Below, in pieces: positions 39,449 through 47,145 of a stretch of 64,000 bases of DNA; position 1 is the first letter of the stretch; every line of letters starts with the position of its first letter. Position numbers and translations under genes: made by a program. The notes under the pieces are model-generated. The model was given only the letters and a program-made list of their open reading frames with translations, did no database searches and was not told the DNA's origin. This stretch comes from Oscillospiraceae bacterium (GTDB taxonomy: Bacteria; Bacillota; Clostridia; Oscillospirales; CAG-272). The DNA is taken from assembly GCA_015064845.1 (NCBI GenBank), contig SVRL01000003.1:315-64314 (forward strand), in the 5' to 3' direction.

Positions 39449-39710
39449 TTTGACCCCTTCTTTCTTTTTTTCACTATGGTTTTGGGATATTTCAGTACGG
39501 AGCGGGTTTTCGTACTGTACCCGCTGCCGTAAGACGGAGCCTCCCGAAGGTTTTCGGTGTTTTGGCTCGTATTCCTATTGTTACCGTTTTCGGGAGCTTT
39601 TTAATCGGGGAAGGGAAAGAAAATGCTTGTCAAATTTTCAGAAAATCCGAGCATTTTCGCCTTCCCGTATTAGTTTATTTCCATCACTGCCGTTTTGATA
39701 CACGTAAGGA
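39449..39710 (-). other. structured non-coding region between eno and mazF
   Basis: Nested hairpin GGGAAGG (39608-14) / CCTTCCC (39660-66) with inner stem AAAATGCT (39620-27) / AGCATTTT (39650-57). Second hairpin TACGG-AGCGGG (39496-506) / CCCGCT-g-CCGTA (39520-31). No credible ORF on either strand. Confidence 0.4.
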
Positions 39711-40955
39711 TCAAAAAGTTTTTTCAATTTTCATCAAACGGTTGTATTTGGCGATTCGTTCTCCTCTTGCAGGCGCTCCCGCTTTCAGAAATTGCGCGCC
39801 GACGGCAACGGCAAGATCGGCAATGAAGGCATCGCATGTTTCTCCCGAACGATGCGAGAGAATCACACGGTAGCCGTTTTCCTGCGCCATGCGAACGGTT
39901 TCCATCGTTTCCGTGAGAGTTCCGATCTGATTGGGTTTGATCAGAATGGCATTGGCAAGACCTTCCGCGATGCCTTTTTGCAAGAGTTTTCGGTTGGTAA
40001 CGAAAAGATCATCTCCCACGAGCATGGTTCGGTTTCCGAGGGTTTTTGTAATCTTCTTCCAGCCTTCACTGTCATGCTCGCCCAAGGGGTCTTCCAAGGA
40101 AATGATGGGATAATTTGCGCAGAGTGTTTCAAATTTTTGAATTAATTCGGCAGACGTTTTCGAAATTCCGCGTTTGAAAAGAACGTATCCATCGTCTTTT
40201 TCCCATTCGGAAGCGGCGGCATCGAGTGCGATTTTAACGGTGTCCGTTTGATATCCTGCTTTTTCAATGGCTTCCAGAAGGAAATCCAAAGCATCTTCGT
40301 CTTTGTTCAAGTTTGGCGCAAACCCACCTTCGTCTCCGACGGAAACGGAAAGACCGCGTTTTTTCAGCAATTCTTTCAGGGAAGCGTAAATCTCTGCGCC
40401 GATGCGGACGGCTTCCGAAAAGGAATTTGCGCCGGTCGGAACGATCATAAATTCCTGAATATCAATATTGTTTTCCGCATGACGGCCTCCGTTGAGAATA
40501 TTCATCATGGGAGTTGGTCTCGTTGCCGCACCGTAGATTCCGCCGAGATAACGGTAAAGCGGAAGTTCATATGCATTCGCGCAGGCGCGGGCCGTGGCCA
40601 AAGAAACCGCAAGAAGTGCATTGGCGCCGAAGACTTCTTTATTTTCAGTTCCGTCAATCGAAAGAAGTATTTGATCCAGAAGCTGTTGTTTTCCGGCATC
40701 GATCCCTTTGATATGAGGAAATATCTTTTTTTCGATATCCTCGCAAACCAGAGCGGTTCCTTTACCTCCATAGCGAAAAAGATTGCTGTCGCGCCGTTCG
40801 TGCGCTTCCATTTCTCCCGTTGAAGCTCCGCTTGGTACGGAAGCACTGCCATGACTGCCGTTTTCCAGACAGATATGAACGCTTACGGAAGGAATTCCGC
40901 GGGAATCCAAAATTTCAAAAGCCTGCAGAGAATGGATTTTTTTATTGGTAGACAT
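39711..40955 (-). CDS. eno: enolase (phosphopyruvate hydratase), divergent sequence
   Basis: EILDSRG, SHRSGET and KPNQIGT motifs. 414 aa. Confidence 0.9.
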   Translation of the reverse strand: MSTNKKIHSLQAFEILDSRGIPSVSVHICLENGSHGSASVPSGASTGEMEAHERRDSNLFRYGGKGTALVCEDIEKKIFPHIKGIDAGKQQLLDQILLSIDGTENKEVFGANALLAVSLATARACANAYELPLYRYLGGIYGAATRPTPMMNILNGGRHAENNIDIQEFMIVPTGANSFSEAVRIGAEIYASLKELLKKRGLSVSVGDEGGFAPNLNKDEDALDFLLEAIEKAGYQTDTVKIALDAAASEWEKDDGYVLFKRGISKTSAELIQKFETLCANYPIISLEDPLGEHDSEGWKKITKTLGNRTMLVGDDLFVTNRKLLQKGIAEGLANAILIKPNQIGTLTETMETVRMAQENGYRVILSHRSGETCDAFIADLAVAVGAQFLKAGAPARGERIAKYNRLMKIEKTF

Positions 40956-41311
40956 CTTGTTTCTCTCCTTTGATTTTATTTTGCTTCGATCATATCTTTG
41001 TCCTCGGGTAATCGCAAAGTTATAAAAAGCGGAGATATGGCGTCAAGTTCAAGCGAGTGTTATCTACATATCAGACTTATTTTTTGCATATTATGAATAT
41101 AAGAGAAGAAAGGTCCAAGGGTTAAAATAGTAAAAGATACAAAAAAATGAAAAATGCTTGATTTTTTCCTTCCTTTGTGGTATACTCATAAAAAATCGAA
41201 GCGGTTAATTATAGCATGTATGAGATTTGATTTTTTATTCTGTTTTTGTTTCTGTCGGAGACGATTTTTATTTTTCGCTTGAATTTTGCGTTTGAAAAAG
41301 GAGAGGGATGT

Positions 41312-41920
41312 ATGAAAAAAATTTTGGTAACGGGTTTTGAACCCTTTGGCGGAGATTTACGCAATCCTTCGGGCGAGGCGGTTACAGCACTCGCGGAAAC
41401 GAAATCTTATGAAATGAAGAAATTGATTTTACCCGTTTCGTGGCAACGCGCGTTTCCCGAAATTGAAAAAGTTTGGAACGAATGGCATCCGGATGCACTT
41501 TTGATGGTCGGCCTTGCGGGAGGCTCGGCAGCGGTGCGTGTAGAAAGAATCGGCATCAATCTTTGCGGAGCGATCAAGGATATTGACGGCCTTTACGCAA
41601 ACGGTTCTTCCGAAAATGCCGAAGAACGTCCCGTTATTGAAGGAGAACGAGAAGCTTTCTTTGCGACCTATCCTGCAGAGAGGATTTTGAATGCTTTAAA
41701 AGAAGCGGAGATTCTTTCAAAATATTCCTTTTCGGCCGGCACTTATATCTGCAACGAACTTTTATATTCCGCGCTTGCAAAAAGAAACCGTGAATCTGCG
41801 GATATGCAGATCGGTTTTATTCATCTTCCTTATGCAGACGGACAAAAGGAGGGTGTTCCTTCCATGTCGCTTGAAACGATGGTCAAAGCCTTGGAAATTA
41901 CATTGTCCGCATTGATTTAA
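41312..41920 (+). CDS. pcp: pyroglutamyl-peptidase I
   Basis: MKKILVTGFEPFGG start, GTYICNE (catalytic Cys) and IHLPY (His). Confidence 0.9.
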   Translation: MKKILVTGFEPFGGDLRNPSGEAVTALAETKSYEMKKLILPVSWQRAFPEIEKVWNEWHPDALLMVGLAGGSAAVRVERIGINLCGAIKDIDGLYANGSSENAEERPVIEGEREAFFATYPAERILNALKEAEILSKYSFSAGTYICNELLYSALAKRNRESADMQIGFIHLPYADGQKEGVPSMSLETMVKALEITLSALI

Positions 41921-41945
41921 ACTTGTGAAAGGTTGGATTATACCA

Positions 41946-42779
41946 ATGAAACTGAAGCGAATTCTATCGGTGCTTTTGCTGCTCTCCGTTTTGCTCAGCG
42001 TTGCCGCTTGTTCGTTCCTTTCCGTTTCCTCTTCCGATAAAGTGGAAACGACGGTTTACGACTATTTGAAAAACAAGTATCCCGATCTTGCTTTTGAAAT
42101 TAAAAGTTATACAAAGGATACTTATACCAGCGGCAGATATGTTTTTAGCGTTTTTTGTACGACTACCGCCGTTGATTTTACCGTTTACCATTCTTCTTTT
42201 TTGACAACAGACAGTTATTCTGTTGTTCACGTCAATGCTGACATGGAAAAATCTCTGCGTGACATTCTCGGTGAAGAACTTGACTCGCGGTATGCAGAAA
42301 CCGTTCAGTGGAAAAATCTTTATGCGGACGGAAGCGACGGCTACCGTTTCCGTAATATGGATATTACAAAAATGCCTTATGCGCCTACCGAAGTTTCGGA
42401 AATTTATCGGTTTGCTTTGAAGAACAATTCCTATGAAACGGAAACCGAAGCCGTGCAAGCCATGAAAAACGTGATTGCAAAGTTCGCGGATGCAGGAATT
42501 GTTCTGAACAAAATCGTTTTTCAGTTTTCTCTCGGCAAGGACACCGTTTTGCTGACTACCGATACATATACCGTTCAGACTGCGGCGGAGGAAACACTTG
42601 AAAATTTGCTCGTTCACATTAAAACAGCGCAGGAAACGGATACGCTTGTTGAAGTTGTTTACGGTTCGGATCTTAAAAAAGCGGAATACTTTTTGGAAAA
42701 CCAAACCGAAGATTCCGACGGAGGAGATTCCTCGGAAACATCCGGTACAGAACAGCAGACCGAAAATACAACGAAATAA
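41946..42779 (+). CDS. hypothetical lipoprotein
   Basis: Signal peptide with lipobox VAACS. Acidic low-complexity C-terminus. Terminator AGAGTTGA/TCAACTCT at 42792-42824. Confidence 0.75.
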   Translation: MKLKRILSVLLLLSVLLSVAACSFLSVSSSDKVETTVYDYLKNKYPDLAFEIKSYTKDTYTSGRYVFSVFCTTTAVDFTVYHSSFLTTDSYSVVHVNADMEKSLRDILGEELDSRYAETVQWKNLYADGSDGYRFRNMDITKMPYAPTEVSEIYRFALKNNSYETETEAVQAMKNVIAKFADAGIVLNKIVFQFSLGKDTVLLTTDTYTVQTAAEETLENLLVHIKTAQETDTLVEVVYGSDLKKAEYFLENQTEDSDGGDSSETSGTEQQTENTTK

Positions 42780-42828
42780 TTTTTATGAAAAAGAGTTGAA
42801 ACGGAAATGTTCCGAATCAACTCTTTTT

Positions 42829-42931
42829 TATACTATAGGAAATTGTCCAAAAACAACCTCGCCGTTTGTATTGTTTCGATATAAGAAAACTTGGATAGGC
42901 GAGCAACCATCAGCGGCGATTCGCCGCTTTA
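42829..42931 (+). repeat. intergenic element copy D
   Basis: TATACTATAGGAAATTGTCC...AACCTCGCCGTTTGT...GGATAGGCGAGCAACCATCAGCGGCGAttCGCCGCT. The hairpin ends at 42928, directly against the stop codon (42929-42931) of the convergent gene. Confidence 0.85.
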
Positions 42932-43450
42932 TCCCGTGTAGCTCGGGGCGAAAGCGAAACGATTGTGATCGTCGGCAAGCCGATCCCACGTTTCTGCATT
43001 CACGGTTCCCGTTACGGGTAATCGGTTGAACTTTTGAAACGTTCGAACCGCCTCTTCCGTTTTTTCATCGTATATTCCCGAAATATCCAATTTTGAAAAA
43101 ACGTCGTAAACAACTTCAACACCGGATAATAAAATCTGAATGATATAAACAAGTTCGCTTTTTTCTCCGTGTTTCACTTCGTAAGCGTTTCCGGGAAAAG
43201 GAAAAAGTGCAAGACCTTGGCGGATAAAGTTTCGTGCCATACGGTATGCGTTGGTAACGGCATTCCACGTTCCGAAGTCAACGATGCCTGTCGGAGGTAA
43301 ACCCATATTGCTTTGGAAGGTAAGGACGGCGCGCTCGGTTTCGGGACCGAAAATACCGTCGGGATTTACAGGGGGAACCATTCCGTCCGTTTGTCCGATC
43401 AAACGGAGCATGGTTTGCAGTTCAAAGATTTCGCCTTGCTTTTCTGTCAT
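42929..43450 (-). CDS. protein with two peptidoglycan-binding (PG_binding_1-like) repeats
   Basis: Two repeats of the form DGIFGPETERAVLTFQ...GLPPTGIVD...TW. Confidence 0.8.
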   Translation of the reverse strand: MTEKQGEIFELQTMLRLIGQTDGMVPPVNPDGIFGPETERAVLTFQSNMGLPPTGIVDFGTWNAVTNAYRMARNFIRQGLALFPFPGNAYEVKHGEKSELVYIIQILLSGVEVVYDVFSKLDISGIYDEKTEEAVRTFQKFNRLPVTGTVNAETWDRLADDHNRFAFAPSYTG

Positions 43451-43488
43451 ATATGTACTCCTTTCTTGTCATATAGGAAATTGCTCAA

Positions 43489-44889
43489 TCAATTTGCGGA
43501 AAGCGGATTTCCCGAAAACTGTCCGGGATTGCGATATTCGCCCGATCGTATATCGCTTTCAATGTCTGCGAGCGTATCCCAGAGAAGAGGTCCCACAATG
43601 CCGTCAACGGGAAAACCGAAAAGCGCTTCCGCGGCAAAAACGGCATCTCTTGTGGTTTCGTCAAAGACACCTGTGACGGGAATCGGCGGAATGGAATTAT
43701 ATACGTCGGCGGCGGTATTGATGAGATTCTGTAAAACGGTTACGTTTTCGCCTGTATCGCCAAGCTGAAGAAAAACGCCCGGAAAAGGAATGACCGCAGC
43801 ACCGATCTGTTCGGGTGTCAGACTGCGGATATCTCCGAGGTAATCATCGTAAAGCAGATTCCATGTGGCATCGTCCGTAATCCCCGTTTGCGGAAGACCG
43901 CTGAAAGCCTGAAATGCAATGATGGAATTTCTCGTTGCTTCATCATATACGCCGCTTGTTCCGGGATCGGGAATGGCGGCGTTAAAAAAAGAAACGGCGC
44001 TCAGGAAATACTGAATGATCTGTACGTTTTCGCCCGTGTCGCCGAGAGAAAGAACCCCCGGAAATTGCTTGGAAACATCCTCCAGACGAAGTCCTTCGCT
44101 TTCAAGTTCATTGAGCTTTTTCACGGCATTATAGACGAATTGGATTTTATACCACGTTGCTTTTCCCACAATACCGTCAGGAACGAGGTCGAAAACGCGC
44201 TGAAAGGTCAGTACGGCGTTTTCCGTATCTTCCCCGAAGAATCCATTGACGGGATTGATTTTGGGAATGGCCGGGTAATTGGAGGAAATACGGTTCAGAC
44301 GCATTTGAATAAATGCAACGTCATTTCCCGCAGAACCGCGTCGGAGAAGAATTTCCGGCTCGGAAGGTGTGATTTGTTCAATCGGAGCGTTATCCACGAG
44401 GGAAATATTGTTTCCGTAATATCTTGTCAAAATATCAAATGCACCGAGACCTTGTTCCGCAAGAGAAACGGTGCCCCATTGAGAAAGTCCGTTGCAGGTG
44501 GTTGTGGTTCCGTTGCAGTAGACGGCGAACAGCGGTTCTACGTTTCCGTTTCTTATGATATAACGGTTGAAAATTTCATCCACCAAACGACTGATGTTTT
44601 CAAAAATATCCCTGCCGTTGACGAAGGATTGGTCGATTCCCGTGCTGTTTGTAATATCAAAATCATAGCCGAGAGAGGGATAATATTCAGTGTAGATCCG
44701 GTTCAAAGCAAAAGAAATTTGCGCTAAAATATTTGCCCGTAACGCACTTTCGGGCCATGTGGGATAAATTTCACTGGAAGCAACGTTTTTGATGTAATCG
44801 GGAAAAGAAACGGTTACGTTCGGTGCATTGCTGTCGGGCGGTCCGAGATGTACACGGACGGTTTCCGGAATAATGGGAAGATTTGGCAT
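43489..44889 (-). CDS. peptidoglycan-binding protein, SleC-like N-terminal domain plus three PG_binding_1 repeats
   Basis: N-terminus IPETVRVHLGPPDSNAPNVTVSFPDYIKNVASSEIYPTWPESALRANILAQISFALNRIYTEYY, followed by three G(F/V)(F/Y)(G/D)E(D/A/T)T...FQ...L...G repeats. Confidence 0.8.
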   Translation of the reverse strand: MPNLPIIPETVRVHLGPPDSNAPNVTVSFPDYIKNVASSEIYPTWPESALRANILAQISFALNRIYTEYYPSLGYDFDITNSTGIDQSFVNGRDIFENISRLVDEIFNRYIIRNGNVEPLFAVYCNGTTTTCNGLSQWGTVSLAEQGLGAFDILTRYYGNNISLVDNAPIEQITPSEPEILLRRGSAGNDVAFIQMRLNRISSNYPAIPKINPVNGFFGEDTENAVLTFQRVFDLVPDGIVGKATWYKIQFVYNAVKKLNELESEGLRLEDVSKQFPGVLSLGDTGENVQIIQYFLSAVSFFNAAIPDPGTSGVYDEATRNSIIAFQAFSGLPQTGITDDATWNLLYDDYLGDIRSLTPEQIGAAVIPFPGVFLQLGDTGENVTVLQNLINTAADVYNSIPPIPVTGVFDETTRDAVFAAEALFGFPVDGIVGPLLWDTLADIESDIRSGEYRNPGQFSGNPLSAN

Positions 44890-44932
44890 AAAAGACTCCT
44901 TTTTGTCAGATTATATCAAGGGGAGATCGGCA

Positions 44933-45352
44933 TCAGAGATTTGGCCTTTGCGCATCGTTTTGAAAAACGACATTTTCGGAGGGTTGAGAGCCATATAGGG
45001 AATCGGGCAGCGGAATCAAAGAGACGGGTTGAATGGAAGTAATACCGGGATAGATGGGAATATTGATATTGACGGAGGTCAGATAACCGTCTGCGGAAAT
45101 TTCTGCGGAAATTTCACTGAAAGGCTGTTTTCCTCCGGGCGCCAAAGATTCGGAAAGAGGCGGTGTTGCAATGGAAAGGGATTCGGTCAATCCGCTTTCG
45201 TCGGTTGTCAGAACGCCGATAACTTGAACGAGCGAGCCGTTTTCGGCGGAGCGGACGACGACGGTAGCACCCGGGACGGGAACCGCGCCCGAAGCGGCGG
45301 AAACGCGGACGACGAGTTTTCCGTAATTTTGATCGTTTTGTAAAGTATCCAT
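44933..45352 (-). CDS. carboxypeptidase-regulatory-like (Ig/transthyretin-fold) domain protein
   Basis: ATG 45352 with RBS GAAAGGA. GKLVVRVSAASGAVPVPGATVVV pattern. The track ORF extends further upstream without RBS support. Confidence 0.68.
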   Translation of the reverse strand: MDTLQNDQNYGKLVVRVSAASGAVPVPGATVVVRSAENGSLVQVIGVLTTDESGLTESLSIATPPLSESLAPGGKQPFSEISAEISADGYLTSVNINIPIYPGITSIQPVSLIPLPDSLYGSQPSENVVFQNDAQRPNL

Positions 45353-45573
45353 TTCAAAAAATCCTTTCTTTACTTTTGTTCGGTTGAAACCGTTTTTCTT
45401 TCTTATCTTATGTTGATGCGCGTAGATTTGCCAGCAAATAAAAAAATATTTACATCTTTTCGAATAATTTTTGGAAATGTACTTGACAGGGTAGTGCAAA
45501 GTGTAGTATAATAACCGTTGAGAAATTTTCAAATTCTCTTTGCACTTTGTTCATGCGGAGGGAGGGATCATGA

Positions 45574-45753
45574 ATGGCTGAAGTTAGAGTTAAAGAAAAC
45601 GAATCGCTTGACAGCGCTCTTCGCAGATTTAAGAGACAGTGCGCTCGCTCCGGAGTAATCGCTGAGGTTAAGAAGAGAGAGCACTACGAAAAACCGAGCG
45701 TTAAGCGTAAAAAGAAATCTGAAGCAGCAAGAAAGCGCAAATTTAAAAGCTGA
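45574..45753 (+). CDS. rpsU: 30S ribosomal protein S21
   Basis: Hand translation: [72 protein letters not shown]. 59 aa, so below the ORF-track cutoff. Confidence 0.92.
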   Translation: MAEVRVKENESLDSALRRFKRQCARSGVIAEVKKREHYEKPSVKRKKKSEAARKRKFKS

Positions 45754-45771
45754 TTTGCAACAAACAACTTA

Positions 45772-45801
45772 CCCCACGAGCACACGTTTCGTGGGGTTTT
45801 T
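45772..45801 (+). terminator. Rho-independent terminator after rpsU
   Basis: CCCCACG (45772-78) / CGTGGGG (45790-96) plus TTTTT. Confidence 0.85.
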
Positions 45802-45863
45802 GTTTCGCTGTCGATAGATTGGAAAATTTGAGGAAATACTAAATATATATAGAGGAATGGAAT

Positions 45864-46379
45864 ATGGAAAAGAAAGCCTATCTTGAAATTGCCAAAATCA
45901 TCAATACACACGGTGTGCGCGGAGCGGTAAAACTGGATCTTTGGTGTGACGGTCCGCAGACCTTTAAGAAGATCAAACGCGTGTATCTTGCAAACGGAGT
46001 GGAATATGCGGTTTCCGATGTGAAAACCGTTGGCGCATTTGCCGTTTGCTCGCTTTCCGGTGTTACTACCGTTGAAGATGCCATGAAACTGAAAAATAAG
46101 ATTCTGTTTGCCAAACGCGAGGATATTCCGCTTGCCGAAGGCGCGCATTTTATTTGTGATCTGATCGGTCTTCCCGTAAAGGATGCGCAAACGGGAGAGG
46201 TTTACGGTACGCTGACGGAAGTTACCCGTCCTGCTTTGCAGGAAATTTATGAAATTACCACACCGAGCGGACAAAAGGTTCTTATGCCTGCCGTGAAGCA
46301 GTTTATCAGTAAGATCGATACCGACGATGCCGTTTATATCACTCCCATTGACGGATTTTTCGACGATGAAACCGTTTGA
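45864..46379 (+). CDS. rimM: 16S rRNA processing protein RimM
   Basis: LEIAKIINTHGVRGAVKL start motif and a PRC-barrel C-terminus. Confidence 0.9.
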   Translation: MEKKAYLEIAKIINTHGVRGAVKLDLWCDGPQTFKKIKRVYLANGVEYAVSDVKTVGAFAVCSLSGVTTVEDAMKLKNKILFAKREDIPLAEGAHFICDLIGLPVKDAQTGEVYGTLTEVTRPALQEIYEITTPSGQKVLMPAVKQFISKIDTDDAVYITPIDGFFDDETV

Positions 46380-46405
46380 ATGAAATAGAATGGAGATCAG
46401 ATTGT

Positions 46406-47107
46406 ATGCGATTTGACATTATGACACTCTTTCCCGCGCTTGTCGACGGTGTTCTTTCGGAAAGCATCATCGGAAGGGCGGCAAAAGCGGGAATTATTGA
46501 CGTTCACACGTATAATATCCGCGATTATTCGAAGGATAAGCACAGACGGGTAGACGATACGCCATACGGCGGCGGAAAAGGTATGCTTATGAGCCCCGTG
46601 CCGATTTACGATTGTTATACCGACGTTATAAGTCCCGAAAAAAATCCATCTTCCCGCAGACGCGTGATCTATATGAGTCCTCAGGGGGCTGTCCTGACAC
46701 AGGCGAAAGCCAAGGAGCTTTCCGAAAATTATGACAATATCATTCTTCTTTGCGGACATTACGAGGGGGTTGACCAAAGAATTATTGACGAAATTGTGGA
46801 TGAAGAAATTTCCATCGGCGATTACGTTCTGACGGGAGGGGAAATCCCCGCCTGCATTCTTGTGGATGCGGTTTCCCGTCTTTTGCCGGGTGTTCTTTCG
46901 GATGCGGAATGCTATGAAAAGGAAAGCTTTTCCGATGCCACGCTTCTGGAATATCCGCAATATACAAGACCTTACGATTTCCGCGGCAGAACGGTTCCCG
47001 ACGTGCTTCTCAGCGGACATCATGCAAAAATTGAAAAATGGCGCGAAGAAAAAGCGCTTGAAAAAACAAAAGCTATCCGCCCCGATCTTTTTGCCAGAAG
47101 AAAATAA
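46406..47107 (+). CDS. trmD: tRNA (guanine37-N1)-methyltransferase
   Basis: MRFDIMTLFP..., DDTPYGGGKGM and GHYEGVDQR motifs. GGAGA RBS. Confidence 0.93.
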   Translation: MRFDIMTLFPALVDGVLSESIIGRAAKAGIIDVHTYNIRDYSKDKHRRVDDTPYGGGKGMLMSPVPIYDCYTDVISPEKNPSSRRRVIYMSPQGAVLTQAKAKELSENYDNIILLCGHYEGVDQRIIDEIVDEEISIGDYVLTGGEIPACILVDAVSRLLPGVLSDAECYEKESFSDATLLEYPQYTRPYDFRGRTVPDVLLSGHHAKIEKWREEKALEKTKAIRPDLFARRK

Positions 47108-47145
47108 AACGGAAAACAGGGGGCGCGAAAGAGAAGGTCGAAGAG

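Noticed and set aside
39449-39602. 51-codon stop-free minus-strand frame ending in a TGA that overlaps the mazF start codon, considered as a possible MazE antitoxin
   Set aside because: It contains no ATG or TTG. Its only GTG gives a 9-aa peptide. The translation does not resemble an AbrB or RHH antitoxin.
39450-39873. Plus-strand ORFs 39450..39698 (82 aa) and 39562..39873 (103 aa) between mazF and eno
   Set aside because: They have no RBS. The second runs into the antisense strand of eno. The region is dominated by hairpins and is better explained as structured non-coding sequence.
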